Of a stretch of 64,000 bases of DNA, positions 22,768 to 35,160 are shown in pieces. Under the pieces are notes generated by a model, which was not told the DNA's origin, ran no database searches, and saw only the letters and a list, made by a program, of their open reading frames with translations. The position numbers and the translations under genes were made by a program. Location of the stretch: positions 6,891,489 to 6,955,488 of the forward strand of contig CM119265.1 in assembly GCA_051294375.1 (NCBI GenBank). Reading direction: 5' to 3'. The DNA is from Paraspadella gotoi (Eukaryota > Animalia > Chaetognatha). Every line of letters starts with the position of its first letter. Position 1 is the first letter of the stretch.

Positions 22768-25339
22768 GATGGATAAATTAAAATTTTATTTTATATGTGG
22801 TTATATGATTAAACTGGATATAAATTTTTGATAGAATCGAAGGAGTGGATAAGTGTTTAAATTAAAAAACCAAAAGTCACCTTTACTTAAATTTTTTAAA
22901 AGATTCTCTCTCTATATCTCTCTCTGATTTATTTATTTTATTGATTAGCTGATTGATAATTTTTAGTCGGATCTGCTTTCTGAAGATCCCGATTCTATAA
23001 TTCACTTTGTCGGTCCGCCCCCCCCAATGTTGTCGGGCATTCACTTACATCATGTCAGAACATCGAATTATGATAAATTATGCAAAGAAAATGTCTGTCT
23101 GTCTCATTGTGTCTGTCTGTCCGTTCGTCCGTCCCACATTAGCAAAAAGCTCCAAAAACTCGTGATTGAGTGGTTGGATTGGAATGAAATTTTGTGTGTG
23201 GATAGGAAAGTGTGTGATGGAATCGTGCGAGTGGAAATGAGTTAAAATGGAAAAAACATAAGTCTCATTTACTAAAATCTTTTTACATATTTTAACATAT
23301 TTTAACCAATAATTACTCAAATTAATCATAATTGAATTAATAGATTAAGATGAAATTTTGTGTGCGGGTAGGAAAGTGTGTGAAGAAGCGAGATATCAAG
23401 TTTTGACGGAATCGTGCCAGTGAAGATGAGTTTAAATGGAAAAAAACATAAGTCTCATTTACTGGCATACCATTTTTTTGCTCAAAAACCCTTTTTTCAT
23501 AAAGTTTTATGTAAATCTTTAGAGGGAATACCCTATTTTAAGTTTTTCCAGGTGAAGGAGAAGAGAAACAATATCCATGCATCAAAAAGTTAATCAGATT
23601 TATATTTTTTTTTCTTTTCCTTAAAAAAAACCTTTAATCCAGCAATAAAAAAATTATCATTTATACTATTATGTAAAATCCTTTCTTTTGTCGCGTTTTT
23701 GAATTAGAAAGAGTTTGAAGTTTGAAGCAACAATTTTTTTTAAACAGTGAAAATGTTTTTTTTTTCAATATGTATCTCTCTCTCTCTGGCCTAAACCTAA
23801 CCTCTCTTCCCCTCGACCTCTATCCTTTTCTCAAATCTTTGTTGAAAATTTTTTTCTCTCTCTTTCTCTCTCTCTCTCTTCCCTTACTCACCTAATTCTC
23901 ACTCTCTCTTCCTTTCTCTCCTCTCTCTCCCAAATATTTCTTGTGATGTAAAAAACTGTTGACAATTCATAAATATGGATGAAGACTTGAATTAAAAGTT
24001 GAAACAAGTTCACTGTTTAAAATCTGATACGAATATAAGATCAGTTTTAATAAGCTGTATAAACTTTATTAATTATTTTTTTCTATTGAGTTTCATTTAA
24101 CTTTAGTCCCAAGGGTTTTATAACTAAGACGACTCTTATTCAAACCTTGAGTATATCATATCAAGTTTCATTATAATAAATAATACAGCAATATAAAATT
24201 ATTAAATATTTTATTGTTTTGACAAGGAATAACATATATTTAGTCTTAAGCAATTCATAGTAGAATTTACAAATTCATTTTTATTACTTTCATGCGAATA
24301 TTTTGATTCTTATTAACAAATCATTTTTCAAGGCAGTTCTTTTGTATTTTGCTCCTCTCTCTTTCTCTCTCTCTCTCTCTACCTGACTTTTTCTGGAACA
24401 ATTTACTTTTACTCTGGACTGCCTTTAAAAATGATTAGTTCATAAGAATCAAAATGTTGGCAAAAAAGTAAGAATATTATACTTATAAATCCCACCACGA
24501 ATTGCTTAATACTAAATATTTTTTTATTCCTTGTCAAAAAAAAAGTTTATATGCTTAATACTAAATCATTATCTCCTGTGCATATGAAGTCTCTTCAACA
24601 ATGAATAAAGAAATAATATTAATTCTGAATTTTAACAGTTACTAAAAAAGTATCTTTTGTAACTGATATTTATTTTGTCTATATAGAGCTATGATAGTTT
24701 TTTATGATTATATAATTCTTTGTGATACAACCATTATATTTATAGTAGATCAAGAACTATTAATATTGCGTATTTTATCAGTTTTTGAGCGTCTTTTTCG
24801 GTTTTGGACACGCCCACTATGGGTAAGAACATTTTTAAAAAAAAATTTTAAAGTAAAACTTATTAAATAATGAGAGTAACTTAAAATTTAGGCAATTATT
24901 ATTTTTATAAAACTATTTTCTTATCTTGCAATTAAAGAAAAGAGAAAAATTCCATGTTGTAGTCAACGTCAACTTCCGGTCAATTGTGCGTAGGTCTAAC
25001 CCAAAATCTGATTGAGGACACCTTGTTAATCGTTTTACGCACTTAAAATTATACTAGAAACTGTACAGGATTGTGAAAATTTTCGACTGAATGGTTAAAA
25101 AAAAAACAGTGTACTCATCATGACTTATCTGTTTAGCTGCTTACCGCTAAGTTATCGCAGGCAGATCCGACATTGTTTGCTCAAACTGGTTAATTGTAAA
25201 TTAGTTATCGGATTAGCGAAGTAACAATTGTATACTTTCCATATTTTGTCGTACATAGTATTTCGCAATTATATTTTTAATGATTTTCTTATGATTACGA
25301 ATATTTAAATATATATTTAATTTCTTTAGTTTGGTAAAA

Positions 25340-27207
25340 ATGGCCAACATAGTTGCAAACATTAAGAAAAACGTTAAAAAACATACCGCCTCGCAAATAG
25401 CGTGCGCCGGGGACAACGACGGGGATGATCACGAATCTGATGCTACTTGGGATTCGATCGGCGTCGGCGATACACTTCGCCAAGCTATCCTGCAGATGAA
25501 ATGGAGCAAGCCCTCAAAAATTCAAAAAGAAGCTATTCCTCCAGCGCTACAAGTAATTAACAAAATTCATTATTTACGCTCAATGCTCAAACTGTAAATT
25601 CATATATCTATATCATTTCGCTTACAATTTTTACAGAAAAGGGACATTATCGGTTTGGCGGAAACTGGTTCAGGAAAGACCGGTGCATTCGCCATACCCA
25701 TTGTTCAGACGCTGCTGGAAAACCCCCAAAGACTATACGCCCTTATCTTGACTCCAACTCGGGAGTTGGCCTTTCAAATATCCGAGCAGTTCGAAGCTCT
25801 TGGAGCCTCAATTGGTCTTAAGACGGCAGTTATTGTTGGTTAGTATGTAGTTGTTTTTTAATTAGTTAACAACGAAAAATCAAGAAAGAAATTAATACAG
25901 CAAATATAAGCTCAGTTAACAATAATTTTTAGTCCCTGCAGTAAATGAAATTAAATAAATTATAAAGTGAGGTTCATTGTTATAATCTCGGCAATTTATT
26001 TACAGGCGGTATGGACATGGTTTCACAAGCTTTGATGCTTGCCAAAAAACCCCATATTATCGTGGCGACTCCTGGGCGACTTGTTGACCACTTCAAAAAT
26101 ACTAAAGGATTCAATCTCAAGCAATTAAAATTTCTGGTCATGGATGAAGCTGATAGAATCCTTAACATGGATTTCGAGGCTGAGGTAAGTTTAAATTTTA
26201 TGACAGTTTCTCTTTAAATTCAACATTTCGTTTTTAACTCATTTTTGACTCTTTCGTCGTGTTCTTTACTAGATTGACGAAATTCTTCGTCAAATTCCGC
26301 GAGACCGGCGAACGTATCTCTATTCTGCGACAATGACCAAGAAAGTGGCGAAGCTCCAACGAGCATCGCTCTCTGACCCCGTAAAAGTATCGGTCTCTTC
26401 CAAGTACCAGACGGTGGACACTTTGCTGCAACATTATCTCTTTATTCCTTTAAAATACAAGGTAAGATATGTTATTTCGATATATTTATTTTGATATTAT
26501 TTTTTTTTTAATTTGTCTCTTGAAAATCTGATTTTGACAGGAAGTTTATTTGGTTCATTTATTGAACGAGATGTCTGGTAATTCGTTCATGGTCTTTTGC
26601 TCCACCTGCGCCGGGACGCAAACGATTGCACTTTTACTTCGTAATCTCGGCTTCTTGGCGATTCCACTTCACGGTCAAATGGCTCAGAACAAGCGACTTG
26701 CAGCCTTGAATAAGTTTAAAGGTTCATATATTGATATTTTTGTCTGATTTTGTCAGATTTTGTCAGATTTTGTCTCACCATATTCATTGTACAGCAAAGA
26801 ACCGTTCCATTCTCATTTCCACGGACGTCGCATCCCGTGGCCTCGACATTCCTCACGTAGATGTCGTTGTCAACTACGACATCCCGACTCATTCTAAAGA
26901 CTACATTCACCGAGTGGGTCGAACGGCGCGCGCCGGCCGATCGGGCAAGAGCATCACTTTTGTTACTCAATACGACGTCGAGCTTTATCAGCGCATAGAA
27001 CAACTTATCGGAAAACAGCTTCCCCTCTACCAGACTGAGGAGCAGGAAGTCATGGTTCTGCTAGAACGAGTCATCGAAGCTCAGCGTTTGGCGAAGATGG
27101 AGATGGCGGAGGGGGACAAAAAGAAGAAGAGAAGACTGGGTGGAGATGATGAGGACGAAAGAGACGTGCGAAACGGAGGGGGAAAGAAAAAGCGGAAAAA
27201 GAACTAA
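25340..27207 (+). CDS. DDX47: DEAD-box RNA helicase DDX47/Rrp3; exons 25340-25552, 25637-25838, 26006-26184, 26273-26461, 26541-26721, 26795-27207
   Basis: Motifs [99 protein letters not shown]. Introns are short and GT-AG. Confidence 0.94.
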
Positions 27208-27383
27208 ATTTTTACGTTGTTAAGTCATCGTATCCGTTTTTGTTACATTTTCTAGATTTTATGGAGAGAATATTTTGTGTGTAATAAACATTTTCTCATG
27301 ACCAAATCATTGTTATTTTAAATACTACTCGAAATGGGCGTCTGTAGCGCCAACTGAGAAGACGATCGTGGTTCCTCGGATTA

Positions 27384-27925
27384 CACGGATTTCAAATAGG
27401 AGTGAAATGAAAAAATCAAATACTTTAGCAACTTAAGATTTTGCGTGCTGGTAGAAAAATCGCTGACGTTTTTTATTTTTTAACTCCCAGAAGTTCAGCT
27501 TGCTTACTTTCTTAGTTATTTATGTGCTCAACAATATAATAGTGAAATTTTAAAGGAATTTTTTTGCATTTGAAAAGGACCTTTCTGTTATTAGATATAT
27601 TTTTATAAAAAAATGAAACGTTGAAAAATTTTGGTTCATCTTACAGAAATAGACATTGGAATGTTAGAATGTCAAAAGCTTTTTCACAACCACAATGACA
27701 GCCATTTTCATTTTATGGATTTTCTAGTTAAAACATATAGAAAATAAAAATTTATGCGTTTAAAAAAATTGTGAAAAAAAATTATCTGGCATCTCTGCTT
27801 TATAGAAACATAAACGTCAGGGAATTTTTTAAATAATAAAATGAATAAATATTAATCACATTCAGTCAGTTAGGTCTTAGGAGTTATAACAACTCTTTTC
27901 ATTTCACTCCCATTTGAAATCCGTG
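27384..27925. mobile_element. TA-flanked MITE (family A) between DDX47 and DHX9
   Basis: ~30-bp TIR CACGGATTTCAAAT(A/G)GGAGTGAAATGAAAA with TA flanks. A reverse copy is split into ~3528-3652 and 7047-7319. Confidence 0.78.
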
Positions 27926-28136
27926 TAAATAAATATATCCCATTTGAAATATGAATATAATTTGTTTATTTTTAACATTTAAACTAAAATGGTCCATTAA
28001 AAAGAATCCGAGAATGCACAAACTACTAATGATTGGTTGCTCAGTAAGTTATTGTCGATTTGTAACCATTAGTTTACATTTTTTTTTTAGTCATTTTGGC
28101 TACATTAAAACGTTGAATTCCATTAATAAATCAACA

Positions 28137-31100
28137 ATGGGTGAAAACGAATCTCAGTTAAAAGGATGGCTTTACGGGTGGCTCGGAAAACGCGGCGTTA
28201 CTCCCGACTACAGTATGCGTCAGACTATGACCAAGAACAAACAGACCCGTTTTATATCCGAGCTTCGCGTCGATGGCTTCAATTATGTCGGTCATGGAAA
28301 CTCCTCAAATAAGAAGGACGCACAAACCAATGCCGCTCGTGACTTTTGCCAGTTTCTTGTCCGAACAAAAGAGTTAAAGCCAGAGGATGTTCCAGGGTTG
28401 CAACCCACTGCCACAGAGTTCATCGGGAACGCTCCTGTAGAGAATCCCGATGACAAAGAGGCGAACCGGACGTCACTTCCCTTTGCACCCATGCCGCATC
28501 AGTCTGTCGGCGCTGCTTTGGGTCTCACAGGTGCCGCCGGACCCAACTTAGATGTGGCGCCGTATCAACGCGGTCCACCACAGGAGTACCTGGCCAAAAT
28601 CGCGCTGCAGCAGCAAAAGCGCGTTGAGGATGCTGAGGATCTTGATATGACAGCCACCAAACATGGGAACTGGACGTTAGAAAATGCTAAAAGCAAATTA
28701 CACCAGTTTATGCAGGTTAATCGAATTTCTACTGACTACAAATATTCCGCTTTTGGCTCAGATCATTCGAAATCATTCGCTGCCGAGATGTCTTTTTATG
28801 TCAAGAGTATCAAGAAGACTGTGCAAGCTAAAGAGCATGGATCAAACAAACAGATGGCTTCCAAGGCTTGTGCGCTCTCTTTGGTGCGACAGTTATTTCA
28901 TCTTGGCGCCGTCGAAGCTTTTTGTGGAACTTTGGCGCGAAAGAAGGAAGTTGATGCGATGCCCCCATTCGCAGTTGGAACTAATTCTGCTCTTAAGGAA
29001 AAACTCATTGCATTTGTGAAAAAGATGCAGCTTAAAGTTGCAGCAGCCCCCAATGAAGGGTCAGAACCTGCGAATCTAATAATCGGTGATCGACTAAAGG
29101 ATTTTGAAACTAATAAACCACAGCGTGGGGGCGTTGTCGCTTGGTCTCCACCAGCGCCTAATTGGAACCCATGGACCGGATGCAATATTGATGAAGGCCC
29201 TTTGTCTTACACACCTCTGGCTGATATTTCCAGGGATCTTCGAGAGGCACAAGTTCAACGCGTTCAGCATGATGAGCAGTTACGCGCCATTGGACAGGAA
29301 CGATGCAAGCTGCCAGTTTTCCAATTTCGACAGTCCATTCTTGACATAATCGAAAAAAATACCGTTGTTATCATCAGGGGGGCCACTGGATGTGGGAAAA
29401 CCACCCAGGTACCTCAATATATTTTAGAAGATTGGATTGATAAATATAAAGGAGGGGAATGTAATATTATTGTGACACAACCACGCCGCATTTCCGCCGT
29501 ATCCGTGGCGGAGCGCATGGCCGAGGAAAGATGCGAGGAATTGGGCCAATCAACCGGCTACAGTGTTCGTTTTGAATCTTGGCTTCCACGTCCATATGGA
29601 AGTACCCTTTTTTGCACAGTTGGCGTTCTACTCAGGAAGTTAGAAGGAGGCCTGAGAGGTGTAAGCCATGTAATCGTCGATGAAATTCACGAGCGAGACT
29701 TAAATTCTGACTTTTTACTAGTCTTGTTGCGGGACATGGTGAAGGCATTCCCAGATATGAAGGTCATACTAATGTCAGCGACTATTGATACATCACTTTT
29801 TAGTGAATATTTTGGGGGTTGTCCAATTGTTGAGGTCTACGGTCGAACACATCCAGTTCAAGAGTATTATCTTGAAGACTGTATCCAGATGACGAGCTTC
29901 GTTGCCCCGCCGCCAAAGAAAAAAGCTAACAAAACAAACAAGGATGATTCTGACGAAGAAATGCCAGACGAAGACCCGGCCCTGAGTGAGAATCTTAACA
30001 AAGTGTGTGCTGCTGATTATCATGAGCAAACGAAACGTCAAATGTCGGTTCTAAGTGAGAAGGAGATCTCTTTCGAGTTAATTGAATCCTTACTTAAATA
30101 CGTCAAAAGTCTCAACACTCCGGGTGCGGTCCTGATTTTTTTGCCTGGGTGGAATCTTATCTTTGCTTTAATGCGCTATTTACAGGAGCATCCGTTATTT
30201 GGGACGGCTTCGTACAAGATTTTGCCTCTTCATTCGCAAGTGCCAAGAGAAGATCAGCATAGGGTTTTTGAAGTTGTTCCTTCAGGCGTTACTAAGATTA
30301 TTCTTTCCACGAACATTGCCGAAACATCTATCACAATCAATGATGTTGTCTACGTAATCGACTCTTGCAAGGCCAAAATGAAGCTGTTTACCTCGCACAA
30401 TAACATGACCAACTACGCCACTGTCTGGGCTGCTAAAAACAACTTGCTCCAAAGACGAGGACGGGCCGGCCGTGTTCGCCCCGGCTTTTGTTTTCATCTA
30501 TGTTCTCGAGCCAGATTTGAAAAACTCGATGAGCATATGACGCCCGAGATTTTCAGGACTCCTCTGCACGAAGTTGCTCTGGCAATTAAGCTCCTGCGCT
30601 TGGGTTCGATCAAGGATTTTTTGAGCAAAGCGATGGAGCCTCCGCCCATTGATGCAGTGACCGAGGCAGAATTAACTTTACGTGAAATGAACGCCCTGGA
30701 TGAGAACTATGAGCTGACTCCACTTGGAGCTATTCTGGCGCGCCTCCCGATCGAGCCACATCTTGGAAAGATGATTGTTCTTGGATGTATTTTAGGAGTC
30801 GGTGACGCCGTCTGCACAATCGCTGCTGCATCCACGTTTCCCGAACCGTTTCTTACATTTGGAAAAAGATTACCGCAGATGCATCGGAGGTTTTCCGGGA
30901 CACGTTATTCGGATCACGTTGCTCTCTTGTCCGTTCAGCACTCTTGGGAGGAGTCAAGAACAGGAGGTGAGGAACAGGAGTTTAGGTTCTGTGATACGAA
31001 GTCGCTGGCAATGCCTATTTTGAGAATGACCTGCGAAGCCAAGAACCAGATTCGTGATATCCTCATCAACTCTGGTTTCCCGGAAAGTGCCGTGGCCCCT

Positions 31101-31868
31101 ATAAATTTTAACTACAACGGACCGGATATCAAGCTCGACCTACTCATATCAATCCTCGTCATGGGACTCTATCCGAACGTCTGCTTTCACAAAGACAAGC
31201 GCCGTTTAATTACCATGGGGGGGAAGCCAGCGCTCATACACAAAAACTCCGTCAACTGCTCATCTTTCGATACGACCTTCCCCAGTCCGTTTTTCGTGTT
31301 TGGCGAGAAGATCCGCACCCGCGCGGTCTCGGCTAAACAGATGACCATGGTAAATCCCCTGCAGCTTCTGCTTTTCGGGTGCAGCAGATGTACATCTGAC
31401 GGACAAGGTCTGGTGGTTATGGACAATTGGATAAAATTGCAACTAGAACATGAATTGGCGGCAAGTATACTGGCTCTGAGGCCTGTCATCGACGCGCTGC
31501 TCGTGAGGTGCTCTGAAAATCCCGAGAGCATGTCGACCCCTGATGAGACAGACGGCGAACTCGTAGCATTGATTCAAGAACTGTCATCTCAAGATGCGGC
31601 GGACTATGGTATTGATCGAGCCGTCTCTAACCCTACCTCCGATTTTGGCCCACCACCTGCGAAATTTTCACGTGGAGGAAGTTTTGCTCCGAGGGGCGGA
31701 TTCAGGGGTGGTTATCGAGGCGGTTTTAACGAAAACTTTGGACCGAGGGTCCCAGGATTCAGTCGAGGTTTCCGTCCCTTATTTGCTGTAAGATCGAGAG
31801 GATATGCTGGTCCGAGGGGATTCGGTGGGAGCAAGTTTGGCGGTGGGAGAGGACGAGGATTAATGTGA
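28137..31868 (+). CDS. DHX9: DExH-box RNA helicase A (DHX9/maleless), intronless coding region
   Basis: Two N-terminal dsRBDs ([13 protein letters not shown]; [10 protein letters not shown]), [31 protein letters not shown]2/OB-fold region and a C-terminal RGG tail. The likely ATG is 28137 ([18 protein letters not shown]). Confidence 0.96.
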   Translation: MGENESQLKGWLYGWLGKRGVTPDYSMRQTMTKNKQTRFISELRVDGFNYVGHGNSSNKKDAQTNAARDFCQFLVRTKELKPEDVPGLQPTATEFIGNAPVENPDDKEANRTSLPFAPMPHQSVGAALGLTGAAGPNLDVAPYQRGPPQEYLAKIALQQQKRVEDAEDLDMTATKHGNWTLENAKSKLHQFMQVNRISTDYKYSAFGSDHSKSFAAEMSFYVKSIKKTVQAKEHGSNKQMASKACALSLVRQLFHLGAVEAFCGTLARKKEVDAMPPFAVGTNSALKEKLIAFVKKMQLKVAAAPNEGSEPANLIIGDRLKDFETNKPQRGGVVAWSPPAPNWNPWTGCNIDEGPLSYTPLADISRDLREAQVQRVQHDEQLRAIGQERCKLPVFQFRQSILDIIEKNTVVIIRGATGCGKTTQVPQYILEDWIDKYKGGECNIIVTQPRRISAVSVAERMAEERCEELGQSTGYSVRFESWLPRPYGSTLFCTVGVLLRKLEGGLRGVSHVIVDEIHERDLNSDFLLVLLRDMVKAFPDMKVILMSATIDTSLFSEYFGGCPIVEVYGRTHPVQEYYLEDCIQMTSFVAPPPKKKANKTNKDDSDEEMPDEDPALSENLNKVCAADYHEQTKRQMSVLSEKEISFELIESLLKYVKSLNTPGAVLIFLPGWNLIFALMRYLQEHPLFGTASYKILPLHSQVPREDQHRVFEVVPSGVTKIILSTNIAETSITINDVVYVIDSCKAKMKLFTSHNNMTNYATVWAAKNNLLQRRGRAGRVRPGFCFHLCSRARFEKLDEHMTPEIFRTPLHEVALAIKLLRLGSIKDFLSKAMEPPPIDAVTEAELTLREMNALDENYELTPLGAILARLPIEPHLGKMIVLGCILGVGDAVCTIAAASTFPEPFLTFGKRLPQMHRRFSGTRYSDHVALLSVQHSWEESRTGGEEQEFRFCDTKSLAMPILRMTCEAKNQIRDILINSGFPESAVAPINFNYNGPDIKLDLLISILVMGLYPNVCFHKDKRRLITMGGKPALIHKNSVNCSSFDTTFPSPFFVFGEKIRTRAVSAKQMTMVNPLQLLLFGCSRCTSDGQGLVVMDNWIKLQLEHELAASILALRPVIDALLVRCSENPESMSTPDETDGELVALIQELSSQDAADYGIDRAVSNPTSDFGPPPAKFSRGGSFAPRGGFRGGYRGGFNENFGPRVPGFSRGFRPLFAVRSRGYAGPRGFGGSKFGGGRGRGLM

Positions 31869-32225
31869 AATACGCTTGAATGTCATCGTTAGATTTTTAT
31901 CTATCAAATTTCTTAAGTTCGATCTTTTCCGAAGATTTCAATGTCTTATTTTTGTGTTTATTTTTGTGTACAGCCCAAGAAATATTGTTAGTAACCCACC
32001 CCAAAATTAAGTTCTTTTCTCAACTGTCATTTAAAATGTTAATGCTTTTCTTGTTAAAACAAGTTTGAGCAAACAATGCCGGATCTGCCAACAGTCATTA
32101 GCAGTAATTAATTAATCAATTAAAACCATTGAAAATATATTTGAGATATTCCAATTTTCGGGGTCGTTGCTGACTGTGTTGTCGTTGGTCATGTTCGGTA
32201 ATTTTATTTGATAATACTAAGTCCA

Positions 32226-32975
32226 TTTTTATCTCGCCAGATGGGCGAAAGCCCGACTTGGGTGGGATGTTAATTCGCTTTGCTTCTTAGTGACCGTAGT
32301 CGTCGTCACGCTGTTTTACCATTGGAAATAGCTCAAGATATGGCTTTTCATCATTGAGGTCTTTTAAATTGTTATGTTTCATATTGTTACACGCATTTGT
32401 TTGTTTTATTTATAAAACAATTTTTATATGTATAAACGAGTTTAGCTCTGCAGCGGCTGTTCAGCTCTCTATCTCTTTCTCTTTTAAATAAATATCGCTC
32501 TTTTTTTTACCGTCGTTACTTCTTCTGATTCGTTTAAAGACGAGTTAAGCTCTGCAGCGGCTGTTCAGCTTCTCTCTATCTTTTTTTTTTATCTTTCTTT
32601 CTCTCTCACTCATACACACATTTGTTTGTTTTATTTACAATGAATGATTCATCTCATCAATGAATGACTATCATCGCATCATTGAATGATTATCATCGCA
32701 TCAATGAATGACTATCATCGCATCCATCATTTAGTTATTATCGCATCAATATTTAGTTATCATCGCATCAATAATCAACTACTATTATATCAATCAATCA
32801 ATTATTATTACATCAATCAATAAATTATTATTATTACATCAATCAATAAATTATTATTATTACATCAATCAATCATTATTACATCAATCGTTAATTCATA
32901 AATCATTCTTTTTTTTTCATTAATTTTTTTTAATAGTAACGTCTGACGAGATCACTATTTTTAACTTAGGATTTA
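32226..32975 (+). mobile_element. Helentron/DINE-1-like family 2 copy
   Basis: Same termini and ATCATCGCATCAAT/ATTACATCAATC satellite as 8203-10669. Confidence 0.62.
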
Positions 32976-33613
32976 TACCTCGAAATATATTTTTAGGCAT
33001 CCACATGAACTTTATAGGTCAATTAAATCATTTTTTCCAAATTTTTTTAAAATTCTTATTTGGTTATATTTTTTTTCAGAACCACCTTTTTTTATTCACA
33101 TCTATAGGGACTTCAGGTTATGGTGGAATTTTGTAAAATATACGTAATATACAGAAGAATTCATATCATAAAGGATGTCGTGTTTTTAGACCATACTCGG
33201 TTTTGACCAAAGAGACGGAATTTGACTCTATGTATCACCTTAAAAATACAATTAGTATTGAGGCAAATTTCGTTATTCAACCTCTGAGCTAAGATGCAGC
33301 ACCCTCGGGTCAGTTTTAATCTCCCGTGTTCTCCCCCTGCAGGCTGCGGTCCCATAACTTGGTTTAAGACTTGAATTTTAAAATTTCACTTGATAGATCT
33401 TTTTGTATAATTAACTAGTATCTCAAGTGGTACCGAATTTCATTAAATTTGGGGGAGAAATTTAGTTGGAATTGATTATTTATGGTATAAAAAAACGCAT
33501 TATCATTTTATAATATGAACCCTTGTTTACATGTTTTTGAACTAAAAAAATACATTAAGGATTATTATAACCAAACCAGAAAACTTAGTTGCATGGTATA
33601 TTATCCATTTGAC

Positions 33614-34888
33614 TTTTTAGTCGGATCTACTTATCAGCAGATCCCGACTCTATAAATCACTTTGTCGGCCCGTCGGTCCACCCCCTCAATATTGTCGGGC
33701 ACTAACTTATATCATGTCAGAACATCGAATTATGATAAATTATGCAAAAAAAAATGTCTGTCTGTCCGTCCGTCCGTTCGTCCGTCCGTCCCACCTTAGC
33801 AAAAAATACCAATTACTCGTGTTTGGATGGATGGATTGGAATGAAATTTTGTGTGTGGGTAGGGAAGTGTGTGATTGAGCTGGATATAAAGTTTCGATGG
33901 AATCGTCCTAGTGGAAATGAGTTTAAATGGAAAAAACAAAAAAATATAATTCACTATTTGAACACCAATTGCTCATGAGTGGATGGGGTGATTGACCTGG
34001 AATTTTGTATGTGAGTAGGAAAATGTGTGATTGAACAGGAAACCAAGTTTCGAATGGAATCGTTTGAGTGGAAATGAGTTTAAATGAAAAAAAAACAAAA
34101 AACCTGTTTCACTAATTGATTATGATTTTTTTTACTTTTATATTAAATTGTATATGCAGGATGTATTAATAAATCAAATAATTAATCAGTTAATTAATCA
34201 ATTAGTCAATTAATTAATCACTAATTAATTAATCAGTCAATCAATCCATCCATCCGTCCCACCTTAGCAAAAAGCCCTAATAACTCGTGATTGCCTGGTT
34301 GGATCGGAATGAAATTTTGTGTATTTGTAGGAACATGTGTGATGAAGCTGGATATAAAGTTTCGACGGAATCGTGTGAGTGGATGGATATGAGTTTAAAT
34401 GGAAAAAAAATAAGTCGCATTTACTAAAATCTTTTTACTTATTTTAACCAATAAATACTCTAATTAATCATAATTGGATGGATAGATTGAGTTCAAATTT
34501 TGTGTGTGGGTAGGAAAATGTATGACGAAGCTTGATATTAAGTTTCGGTACGAGTGGAAATGAGTTTAAATGAAAAAAAATGAGTCACATTTACTTGACT
34601 CTTTTTACTTATTTTAACCCATAATAGATTGAGATGAAATTTTGTGAGCGGGAAGGAAACTTTGTGAAGAAGCTAGATATAAAGTTTTGACGGAATTGTG
34701 CCAGTGGAAATGAGTTTAAATGGAAAAAATATAAGTCACATTTATTTATTTTAAGGATATCGATGATGATAAGCTGTATATAAATTTATAATTAATTATT
34801 AAATATTAAAATTAATTAATTAATCGATTAATTAATTAATTATTAATTTTCGTAAGGCAGATCCGACATTGTTTGCTCAAACTTGTTT
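33614..34888 (+). mobile_element. Helentron-associated / DINE-1-like non-autonomous element (family 1), apparently complete
   Basis: T-run, subterminal IR GTCGGATCT(A/G)C with an adjacent partial IR, (GTCC/GTCT)n microsatellite, internal ~120-bp tandem repeats, then 3' GCAGATCCGAC and a GTTTG/CAAAC hairpin ending in TTT. Other copies or fragments lie at 4077-6722, ~7512-7810, 18647-18790, 22185-22880, 22960-23465, 25161-25192 and 32058-32090. Confidence 0.72.
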
Positions 34889-35160
34889 AATTTATGATTA
34901 TATTTCGTAACATTTATTTCAGGTAGATCTTAATCTTTTTACATGAATCAGTTTATATTATTATATTTTCTCTTCTCGAGTTTTCATTTTAATTTCAGAA
35001 TTACTACGTTGTCATTGGTCAATGGTCATTTTCACTCGCAAAAAAAGGAGAAAAACTTAAAATATTCCTTGGAAAAAACTCAAATTTTAATTTTATGTTT
35101 ACATACTGAATCGCTATACTTATTAAAACTAAGCGTTTATTCAACTGGTCCAGTCATACA

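Noticed and set aside
23977-24012. GGATGAAGACTTGAATTAAAAGTTGAAACAAGTTC after a CT-rich tract
   Set aside because: Probably a decayed family member, but the core and cleavage site are mutated, so it is not called as a ribozyme.
27951-28136. 62-aa N-terminal extension of the DHX9 ORF
   Set aside because: AT-rich and contains a T-run-AG acceptor-like site; homology begins at ATG 28137.
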